Part shown: positions 12,501 through 23,500 of the stretch, piece after piece
How the letters are laid out: every line of letters begins with the position of its first letter
Numbering within the stretch: position 1 is the stretch's first letter
Notes under the pieces: generated by a model
Seen by the model: only the letters and a program-made list of their open reading frames with translations
The model's database searches: none
Told to the model about the DNA's origin: nothing
Made by a program: the position numbers and the translations under genes
Assembly (NCBI GenBank): GCA_030704615.1
Contig: CM060734.1
Location: 54,622,001-54,686,000, forward strand
Direction: 5' to 3'
Length of the DNA: 64,000 bases
Source: Takakia lepidozioides
Taxonomy: Eukaryota; Plantae; Bryophyta

Positions 12501-15500
12501 TCAATGTGGTTGCTTGGCACGGGAACTTTGCACCATATAAGGTACACATCAATCTCCATTCACAAACACCCAAGGTGACATTTTCATGTGCTGTATAGCA
12601 GGTGAGTGAGTTCGGATAATGGGGTGTAATTTTCTAACAGTTCACTGGTTCTTGAATGTGTCAGTACAATTTGAGGAAATTCTGCCCCTTCAACACCGTT
12701 TTGTTTGACCATGCTGACCCTTCTATCAATACAGGTGCATCTCTCTCATTTGGTTGAGATTCATGGCTGACAGTAGTTTGAGATGTGAAGCATTAGGCTG
12801 ATTTTATGTGGAAGCAATGATCTTTTATCTTAGGACCGAAGCTCGCCTATTTCTCTCCCCCTCTCTCTCTCTCTTTCTCTCTCTCTTTGGCCAAGAGATT
12901 CCGGTCCTCCCTTCCTACACTTACCCTGGGCGTTGAGTTTTCCTCCCAACTGTAATTGGGATGCACATATTTGGAAAGTTGTTCAAACTGGCAAGGGCAA
13001 AGCGCTGGGTCTCACTAAATTTTTCCACTGCAGAGGGGTCAACTCTGAGGTTAAGAAAACCATGCTTTGTCTCGTTATTAGACCTGCCTTGGAGTACGGA
13101 TCTGCAATATGGGTTAATAACTCCAACCAGGCTAAGTCTTTAGATTGTACTCATAAGACGTTGTTTGCCGTAGCCTTGTGGCCATTGACCCCGCGCCCAG
13201 TTTGAGCGGAAACAAAAGGGACAGAACCTACCTCTGTCAGGGGCTGACGTTGGTAGTAAGACTTACCTTCATATATAGAATTAATCCGGGTTTTCCAGAT
13301 ATCCTCTAGAAATCCCTTCACACAAGCATCAATCTGCTGTGTGTGATTTGCCCAAAAACTAGGCCTCAGGAGGGCCTGGGCTTTTGGCTCAGCCTCGAGA
13401 CTTTCAAAGTTGGTAAACAGAGGTACAGGCACAATTCCCTTGATAGCTTTGAAGAGAGCGTCTCTTTGGTGAGAGAACCCCGGACAGTGTATCAGAAAAT
13501 GAATACTGTCTTCAGGTTGCCCACACAACGGGCAATTGCACTCTCCCTTTCCTCTCTGCTTCTGTTTGCTGTTCAAAGGTAGGCTTCCTGCCCTGAGTTT
13601 AAATTTCAGTCTAGTGCCGAGAGTGGGTAGACCCTTGAGGTCATCCAAGATGTCCTCCCCCATGTCACTGACTGGAAACAAGTTCAGGGAAGTTTTCTTC
13701 CTAACTTCATTTTCATCAGACAGGCAACAGACATGGCTTTGGACACTACAGCCTCTAAGTCAGATTCATCCAGCAGGGTCAAGACTTGCGGTTCCAGGTC
13801 CAGGTCCTTGAGAATCTCTTCTACTCTCTTCTGCCAGGACTTAGCCTGTTTGACAGGGCGGTCCTGTTTCCAAGATATAGAGTCGATTAACTTAGGATAT
13901 CTGGTGTTGGACATATGTTGCAGCTGACCCCACCATCTGACCTTGAATTCATCTCGTCGGGAGCTTAAGGACGGAATGCCAAACTCACCCCGAACAGCCA
14001 CATTGGCTGTTTTGGAGCATGCTGACATACACTCCTTAAGCACCCCCACTTGAATGGATTCTAGAGACTTAGCCTGGTTGGAGTTATCAACCCATATTGC
14101 AGATCCGTACTCCAAGGCAGGTCTAATAACGCGACAAAGCATGGTTTTCTTAACCTCAGAGTTGACCCCTCTGCAGTGGAAAAATTTAGTGAGCCCCAGA
14201 GCTTTGCCCTTGCCAGTTTGAACAACTTTCCGGATATGTGCATCCCAATTACAATTGGAGGAGAACTCAAGGCCCAGGTAAGTGTAGGAAGGGAGGACCG
14301 GGATCTCTTGGCTACCCCACTGCCACTTAAGATCACTTCCTCCCTCTCCTCTGTCGTTGAATGCTACCACTGCACATTTGCTGACATTAGCCTCTAGCCC
14401 CCAAAGATTGAAGTCACGCAATCAATCAACTCCTGGAGATTGGTTGGAGTCTCCCCTATGCCTGCGAAGTCATCCGCAAACATAAGGGCTGGTATGGTGG
14501 TATCACCCACCCTTAACCCAAATCCCTCACTTTCCACATCCTCGAGGAGTTGATTGATGAAAACATTGAAGAGCACAAGGATGGAGAGCACACGGAGCAG
14601 GAGGGGAGAGAGTACAACCTTGAGCTACACCTTGGTCTATGTCAAAGAAGTTGGACTTCTGTCCGTTAACAGTGACACAGCTTTTGGTGTGAGCATACAA
14701 GTTGTGGACAACTCTCCACATCTTTCCCTTGATCCCACAAGACCAGAGGCGGAACCATAGGCCATCTCTCCACTGTGTCATAAGCCTTTTTGACATCCAG
14801 GAAAAAAACATAAGTGGGTTTCCCTTCTTTTTCCCTTCCCTGGATAATCTGGCTTAGAGTGAAGATATGATCCACACAGCCCCTGTTTCGCCGAAAGCCA
14901 GCTTGGCCTTCGTGGAAACAACCTCTAGACTCCAGATCAACCTCGAGACGAGTACTTGTAACTCTGCAGAATGTCATTGAGAAGCGTGATGCCATGGTAG
15001 TTCCCCGATTCTTCTCTGTCACCCTTCTTGTATAGATTGACAATGACCCCCTGTCGCCAGCGAAAGGGGATCATTTCAGTCTTCCAGATAAGGTTAAAGA
15101 GGAGAACTAGGGCCTCTATCATGGGATCGCCACCATGCTTGATAAGCTCGTTGACTATACCATCAGGTCCACCAGCTTTATATCCATTTAAATGTTCAAT
15201 TGCTTCCACAATCTCAGAAGAACTAATGGGAGCGTTATAAGCCATTGAAATATACTCCAGTTCATCAGGGCTGTTTTGAATCATAGGTACAGTTTTTCCA
15301 ACTGTGTCCCTCCATTCAGCAGAAGACCCCTCACTGTTAGACCTAGAAGTTCTGCCAAGGATACTGTAGTGAGTTTCAAAGGTTTTGTCAATGTCAACCG
15401 ATGAAGTCACCACTGCACCTTTAGTAGTCCTCAGCGCTTGTACTTGCTGACCGTTTTTCGGCTTGTACAAACGTTGAAGGGCCAACCAGAATTTCTTGTC

Positions 15501-18500
15501 ATTACCACCATGGTGGTTTGAGTTTATTTCACTGTATAACTTGTCCCAGTACAATTTCTTCTGAGACCTAACAAGCTGATTGATATCTTTACGGAGCTGG
15601 TAGTACCTCGCCCACAATTCTCTGTTGGTTTTCAAATTGCAGCACTCTTTATAGAGGGCTCGTCTCTCAGCTATCTTGAGTTTAATCTCATTGGTCCACC
15701 AATTAACAGCTCTACCGCAGACAATTAGTTTCCTCCCAATGATCTTGTCAGCCATGAGGAAACGAAACTTTCCCAAGAGTCCACTGCTCTTTCAACTTCA
15801 TTTCTTGCGTTGTCAGAGCGAGACTGAAGTTCTTGGAGTGATTGGACAAAATGAGGGAGAGCCTCTTGCAAGGCCTGGACATACTCATCCTTGACCTCCT
15901 CATTATGGAAATTTTCTATGCACCACTTTCGAATCGAACGTTTCACAGATCTCTTGGTGTTGGGCAAACTCCTTTTGATCTCAGTCCAAACCAGGAAGTG
16001 GTCAGAGGTATGCTTGGGCAAGAGATACAATCTTCTTGCGACATGATGAACTCTGGCCGTGGAAAACCACGAAAATCAGTTCTGTCGATCAACACATTGG
16101 CACACTGGGGAAACAAATTTTTGTCCATTATGATATAGTCCACAATGGAACGTTCCCCAGTTTGGGATTTCTCACGAGTCCACTGCACTTGGTCACCTCT
16201 TGTCCTGTTATTCAAGGTCAAAAGCTGAAGCTCTTCCAGACAGTTAATTAACCGTCTGCCATTAGAATTCAGCTCGTCCTCACCAAAAGGCCCAATGATA
16301 TCGTCCTGATGGAGACCTTTGCCCACCCGGGCATTGAAGTCACCCAATAGAACCACCTGACCTTTGGCAAGGAACGAAGCACAGTCCAGCTTTACATCTT
16401 CGAAGGCTTTGTCTGCGTCAACACTAAGGGTCCCCTCTGTGGGCATGTATACACAACCCACAAAGAGGTCCTTCGTATTCACGCCCTTCAGATTCAGTTT
16501 TAGCCAGATACTATGTTCGTACCTCAAACCCTTGTTGATAATTTCACAATTATCAAACAAGAAATCGTGGACAAAGAATCCAACCCTTTTTGGCCGCGTT
16601 TGGCAGAGGCTGCCTTGAGAGTACACATCTTGCCCGTCCACTTATACCCATTGACATCTCCAACCAATTTATCCGGTGTTTCCCATGTCTCCTGACCAGC
16701 ACAAATATGAATGTTATTGGCCTGAAGAGCTTGTGCCACTTCGAGTTGTTTCCTTTGGTTAGTCAGCCCTGAGAAATTGAAAGTGCCCAGCCACAAGCCA
16801 GCCCTTTGCATATGAATTGTTTGTCGTCTAGGTAGCTTATGATTGCTCCTGGACGGCTAACCATTCTGCAAAGGGGGGACAGTTACCCCGTGTGTAGATT
16901 TTGCTCGTCTTGTGTAAACTTTGAGAATTGGTAAACCATTCAGGGTACCAAATCCTTCAGTTACACGACGTACAGGCTCCGCACACTTAGGGACAGATTG
17001 TCCGTCTGACTGCTTGGGGACAATTACCCCGTGTATAGATTTTGCTCGTCTTGTGTAGACTTTGAGGATTGGTAAACCATTCAGAGTACCAAATCCTTCA
17101 GTTACACTACGTTCAGGCTTTGCACACTTAGGGACAGATTGTCCATCTGACGGCTTGGGGACAATTACCCCGCTAAGTCCATTCAAGTGGGGGTGCTTAA
17201 GGAGTGCATGTCAGCATGCTCCAAAACAGCCAATGTGGCTGTTCGGGGTGAGTTTGGCATCCCGTCCTTAAGCTCCTGACAAGATGAATTCAAGGTCAGG
17301 TGGTGGGGTCAGCTGCAACATATGGCCAACACCAGATATCCTAAGTTAATCGACTCTATATCTTGGAAACAGGACCGCCCTGTCAAACAGGCTAAGTCCT
17401 GGCAGAAGAGAGTAGAAGAGATTCTCAAGGATCTGGATCTGGATCCGCAAGTCTTGACCCTGCTGGATAAATCTGACTTAGAGGCTGTAGTGTCCAAAGC
17501 CATGTCTGTTGCCATGAAATTGTCTGATGAAAATGAAGTTAGGCAGAAAACTTCCCTGAACTTGTTTTCAGTCTGTGACATGGGGGAGGACATCATGGAT
17601 GACCTCAAGGGTCTACCCACTCTCGGCACTAGACTGAAATTTAAACTCAGGGCAGGAAGCCTACCTTTGAACAGCAAACAGAAGCAGAGAGGAAAGGGAG
17701 AGTGCAATTGCCTGTTGTGTGGGCAACCTGAAGACATTATTCATTTTTTGATTCACTGTCCGGGGTTCTCTCACCAGAGAGACGCTCTTTTCAAATCTAT
17801 CAAGGGAATTGTGCCTGTACCTCTGTTTACCAACTTTGAAAGTCTCGAGGCTGAGCCAAAAGCCCAGGCCCTTCTGGGGCCTAGTTATTGGGCAAACTAC
17901 ACACAGCAGATTTATGCTTGTGTGAAGGGATTTCTAGAGGATATCTGGAAAACCCGGATCAATGCTTTATACCAAGGTAAGTCTTACTACCAACGTCAGC
18001 CCCTGACAGAGGTAGGTTCTGTCCCTTTGTGTTCCGCTCAAACTGGGCGCGGGGTCAATGGCCACAAGGCTACGACAAACATCTTATGAGTACATTCTCT
18101 CTCTATCTATCTCACACACACATATCAAGGTAAGTCCCACTACTGGAGTGAGCCCCTCACAAAGGTAGTGTCTGCTCCCCTCTTGTTCTGCCCAAACTGG
18201 CGCCAAGGCTACAGCAAACAACTTCTTATGAGTACATTCTCTCTCTCACACACACACAAAAGAAAGGCGAGAATCTCGGTTAAACATTTCAGGAGCACAT
18301 ATGACTAAGGGCGTGTGCACAGTGAAAATTGACATTGAGTTTTGCATGGTGATTGGCGGTGTGGCAGTGTTGACAGTGCCTTCAGAGAAGCCAGGGTTAG
18401 CTGTGGTTGACTTCGTAGTTTTCCCCCAACGGTGGTTGGTAACAGAGCACACTTTTCGACCCCCATATTTCCATCGTAATTGCATGAGCGAGTTCATGGG

Positions 18501-19428
18501 TCTCATTTATGGCATGTATGAGGTAATGACAAGTTCACAGCTTTTGTTTTGTAGTACACAGTACACTTGTTCTACTGATGTTAGCTTTTCCATGGAATTA
18601 ATTAATGTAGAGATACCCAGGCACACTTATAGATTGATAAGAAAACTCCATGAAGTTGTGAGTGGTGCTGTAAGCTGGATATAAATATATGAGGATCCTG
18701 ATGAGTTTATTTTGCATTGCATGGTTTGGTAACTCAGATATGACACCCTGCTTCAAGGGGCTAGATTATCTGGGCATTAACCATCTCATTATTACCTCAT
18801 TCTTCAAGGGTTAAAGGGTTCCTGTGGTGCATGGTCAGGTCTCTGCCCTCAGAACTTGAGATGGGATTCAGTAGGTTGGAAGTTCCAGAGTTAAAAGGAT
18901 ACATTGGCTACCTGGCTTTTGCAGGGCAAAGCAGACGGGTTTGTTCCTGGTGGTGCCAGCCTTCACAACTGCATGGCACCCCATGGTGTGGATACAGCCA
19001 CCTATGAGGTAATTTCCAGAGTCATCCTTAGAATCTTCTTGTTGAGGAGACCTCCACCTTTGGCAATCCTGCAAACCCTTAAGAGGTCAGATGCTCCTTA
19101 TTCAGCCACAGCCACCGTAACTCTCATATACAGTTTGAATTTTTTCTGCAAACCCATATTTAGTGTGCATCTTAATTTTGTGATTGGTTTGATTTCTGAA
19201 ATGTTTCTCACACTCACTTTGGTTGAGCAGAGGACCATATCAGAGGATCCAAAGCCATTAAAGATACCGGATACTGCACTGGCCTTCATGTTTGAGTCAT
19301 CTTTGACTCCTAGGGTTACACCCTGGGCGCTCAACTCTCCCCAACTAGATCATGACTACTACAAGTGCTGGATTGGACTGCATTCTCACTTTGATCGAAA
19401 CAAAACACCTACCAAGGAGCTAATGTGA
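9514..19428 (+). CDS. HGO: Homogentisate 1,2-dioxygenase, 9 exons: 9514-9728, 10309-10539, 11011-11090, 11586-11753, 12360-12541, 12665-12734, 18368-18522, 18925-19008, 19231-19428
   Basis: Motifs [117 protein letters not shown] and LAFMFES. All junctions are GT-AG and in phase. Confidence 0.97.
11985..12250 (+). mobile_element. Two tandem 3'-end fragments of the LINE family in HGO intron 4
   Basis: Matches LINE C-terminus CVKGFLE.IWKTRIN...QTG.GVNGHKA. Ends aacaacgtcttatgagtacattc (about 12170) and aacgtcatatgagcacgttc (about 12248). Confidence 0.85.
13146..17172 (-). mobile_element. Near full-length non-LTR retrotransposon (APE endonuclease + reverse transcriptase + C-terminal Cys/His domain), frameshifted
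   Basis: APE motifs [32 protein letters not shown] and TSDH. RT motifs [41 protein letters not shown] and YTYLG. C-terminal [17 protein letters not shown]. Several frameshifts. Confidence 0.95.
16876..17172 (-). repeat. 141-bp tandem repeat (about 2.1 units) at the LINE 5' end
   Basis: gggaca(g/a)ttaccccg ends at 16890, 17031 and 17172. Confidence 0.9.
18128..18245 (+). mobile_element. Further diverged 3'-end fragment of the same LINE
   Basis: caaggtaagtc...caaactgg...aacttcttatgagtacattctctctc. Confidence 0.75.
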
Positions 19429-20532
19429 TTCTACATGATTACATACTCAACCCCCCATCACCCCCCCAGGCGACATGTACAGATGTTCCTGCTGCAAACG
19501 TCAAGGCTAGTTGAAATTATGGATGAACTTGGTTCAGGTCCAGGAGTTAGAATGGTAACATCCTGTTACGCATTAAGACAGCTCTCTGACTTCATGGCAG
19601 TTGTCATATAACTGCAGTAAAATTTGTATATAGCTTCTAGGCTGTCCAGAGGTCAGTCCATTCTAGCAGTTGGATTCGACATCATTCTGTACTATATGAA
19701 CACACCATGAGCTGTGCGTTACTGAATTAATTTCATGAATTTGGAACCTGGTATCTCTGTTTCAATTTTCAGAATGGTGATAGCTGGAATGCTTTCTGCG
19801 CAGGCTTGACAGCAGTATGAACAACAACAGGATATGCAGCCGTCCATTTTAATTACTTTTCTTGTGGGCCCAGTGGTCAGAGTATCCCTAGGAGCAATGT
19901 CGGCAGCTGTTAAACCGTTAATCAGAACCTCATCAATAAACACAATAACAAGCCGACTTCCTGGAAGCATGCCACAGGATCTGAGGGTGGGATTGCAGAT
20001 TAAGTAAATGTAACTTTATACTACTACCAATGATCATGCACACCTGGAAAGTTCAAAATGTGAAACGAACGTGGGGTTGGCTAACAAGGATGACCGTGTA
20101 TGATATCCCAAAATTTGTCATCAAACTCTTGTTCATTTACATATATTTGTCTAAGACTGTGCGCCAAGATTTCTGGGATTCGTTGTTATTTTAAATATTG
20201 AAACCGTTCTAATAAAGAACACGCCGTTTATTTTGGGCGACACACGTCAGACATTGATAACTGAATACGAACAGCTGTACACTAATGTTGGCATGTGCAC
20301 TAATAAGGGAACGACTATGTGTAACGGTCACGCGAGAGGGAATCCGATGCTTTTAGATACAAGCAACAACGCACGCAATCCCGCAAGAAATCGGGAGTCA
20401 CTTCATTTTTCTACTTTTCGCGCTTAGAGGGAGAGTGGTAGTCAAGTTGGAGAGGGTTCCTTCTACAATACGAAAGAGAAGAAAGTCTCTTTATTTTACT
20501 TCCCTTAGAGAGAGACGCAGAGCAAGAGAGCA

Positions 20533-23500
20533 AATGACGATGCGTCGTTTGTTGGAGAACACAGGGCCAAGGCAGCAGGTGAACGCGGAGACTGATTCAT
20601 AAGAGCAGACCGAGACTGAGGCAGCGGCTGTGACATAGTCGGCGATAACAGTGTGCGTTGGAAACCAGCCTGTGGATGCAGAGATGACTCGCAGGGAAAC
20701 TGAGGAGGTGGAAGTACGAGGAACGCTGAACCGGGAGAAGGTCCAGAAACCCTAGAGCAGACAGAAATTCCAGCAGATGTGAGAGGGAAGAGAAAAGCTG
20801 CAGAAAGAGATCCAATTTCAAAACCTAAGAAGGCGCTAGTAAGTTTTCTCTAACTTACATTTCATTGTTGAAGATCTGCATAGAGATTGAGTGGAATGTC
20901 CCAGAAAAGGATTGACGCTACCGACCATCACCATGAAACAACGGTGATTTGCTTTCTACTCCTCTGTTAAGGGTTTACCGCACAATGAGTGGGTGACTGA
21001 CGGTACCATCATTCACTGTTGTTCAGATCATACAGTCTGTGTGATTGTCTTTCAAGCAGTCCTTCCTCTTCCCTTGTTTAGCAGGAACATGTGATTGAAG
21101 TCTACTGAATTGCGAGCGTCGTTAACGCCATTTGATTCTCCTCATGAGATTTATGTACCTATGTGTTTGAAGAGAGAGTGAGGGTCGGCATATTCAGTCA
21201 TAATGTTTTGCAATGCATTTTCTTTATTTGAGGTTGAACAGATAGAGAAGTGGAAAGGCGGTACCGCCAATCAAAGATTTAAAGACCATACTGTAGATTC
21301 AGGTAGAGTATCGATTGGAATGTACTCTCGACATAGACAAGAAACAGCGAATGCTTGCGACGTTCATCACAATGGAGTCAATCTGAATAATCTGCACTTA
21401 CTGTCCGCCCTAAACTATACTGAATGTCGTTGCCGCTAATCACTTACACATATATGTCATTGCACAACACCGATCCAACAGGTCCTTGTCTTTTGTGATT
21501 GTCGTTAACGCCGTTCGCTCTTGCTCAAAACCTTTCTGTTCCTGTGTCCCTAGAATCATAGTGTTTTGTTTTGAATTTGCCAGGATCAGCTTTGCTTGTG
21601 TAGATGGTTCTGAATTTGTTTTACACCATTCATTGTGAGTTTCGACGAGACAGAGTGATGGTCGTTACCGCCATTCACTATTTGCACATTACTCAGTCAG
21701 ATTTGAATGGCATCGTGCAGAAAATTGTGAGGTCCAAGCCTACAGGATCAGAGGGGAAAGGATCTGGAGATGGGGACGAGTCTGGAAAAAGCTCAGAGAA
21801 TAACGATGAAGCAGATGAATCTGAAGTGCACTACCTTGACAAAGTGAAAGAACTCATGTCATTCTAAACTCTCAGGAGGTTATAAGGGACATGCTCGTAT
21901 CTGGAGGGCGTCTAGACATCCCTCTGTGCCGGATGATATCTATGCCTGTTGTGCGTCCACCTTTTTCCCATGACATAACAAAATTGGAGAGTGATTTCGT
22001 GCATAGATACGGACTTGGTGCACAAGTTTTTTATGTGTCACTGACGGATATAAATGGGAAAAGCACATTAGTGTCTCCAGAGATCAGTGATACCTGGGAT
22101 GAGTGCTGGAAAGATGCTAATGAGGAGTTCGAGCTGGGCCTCATGATGGGAAAGAACACCCAACAATTCTGCAACCATGTGTTTTATGTCTGGGACAACA
22201 ACCACCGATTGCTGGCATGGATGGGATACATTCAGAAATATCATGCGAAAGACAAAAACAAACATGTTGTTGTGGAGGCAATGGTTTTGGATCCAGGAAA
22301 CGACATCGCTAGGCTTCTTACAGCTATGCACGACGTGAACAAGTAAGTTATCCTAGAGACTTCATTCCCTCTGTAGTGTTTTGTTAATCCCAAAAAAACA
22401 GTGTTAAAGAATGCAATGTTTCCAATGTTTTTGCAGATCGACAGAGAAATCGCATGTGACAACAAGCTTGGTCCACACACTATTCCGAATTCAGAGGATT
22501 GGTCTGATGAAGCTGGATGATTTTCCGACAGTGCTCCCCCCCAATATAATCAAGAAGTGCGAAACAAGAAGAGCTGCAGGCACTTGGTATTCTTTGACTC
22601 GAGAGGCGTTTCTGGAGTACATGTATGCGGTAAGCCCGAGTCTGTACTCAGTTTACTTTTCGAATACATGTTTGTAGTCCCTTCGGTGCTAATCACTATT
22701 TGAATCAATGCAGCAAAAACTGGCAGAGGCAGCTGAGAAGGGAAAATCCGAATATTACTGCACTACACCAAAGGAACTAAGGACATCAAAGGGTGTGGAA
22801 GTAGCAATAAAAAATGAGTTTGAAATGCGAAGAACCAAATTGATGTCCGCCTTCGGAAAGCAGCTTAGAATAGTAGATCCTGGACTTGGTTCTGAGTTTA
22901 TTCAGCAGATCAAATCCCACTATGACAAACATGTGCATCCGGAGATGCAACAGGAGAAATTGCACCGGCTGGCCATATCCATGGTCGACCCACAAACAGA
23001 AATAAGGTGGCTGGAGATATGGAACTCAGATCAGACAGTAAAGGACTTGAATCAGTTCCCAAATAGCACCATACAGCCTGGCACAAAGATGGAAGGAATC
23101 AGTGATTTGGTGTTTGATAATTGGCTCCACAAGGCTACATTTTGGAATCAGGTGTGTATTCAAATAAGCCGTTTTCTTTTCTTCAATTATGTGATGAGTA
23201 TCTTATTTGCAATACTGACAAATATACAATTTGCAGTTCGAAAAGCGTGTCGTCATTGTGCTGGATCAGACTTTGAAGGACTTGAACATTTCGATTGTTT
23301 CCCCTCCCCAAATGTCATTGGAGGCATACATAAAGAAGTGGAGAGGTCTAACTTGGAGATACTGTTTTTTCTAGGAGTTCTCCAAAGATAGTAACATTTT
23401 ACGGTCCAACGACTTTGACAGTCAGGTTGGAGGAGAGTGGGCCATGATGCGAGTTGTGTACAGGTGCAATATCATACTGGAAACTCTACTGCACTTTTTG

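Larger units (their letters stand above)
12890..18095 (+). mobile_element. Older 5'-truncated LINE copy (12890-13147 plus 17173-18095), split by a nested inverted copy of the same family
   Basis: The left part ends ...NSNQAKSL and the right part resumes [14 protein letters not shown]..., as in the inner copy. (CT)n lies on both outer flanks. Confidence 0.88.
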
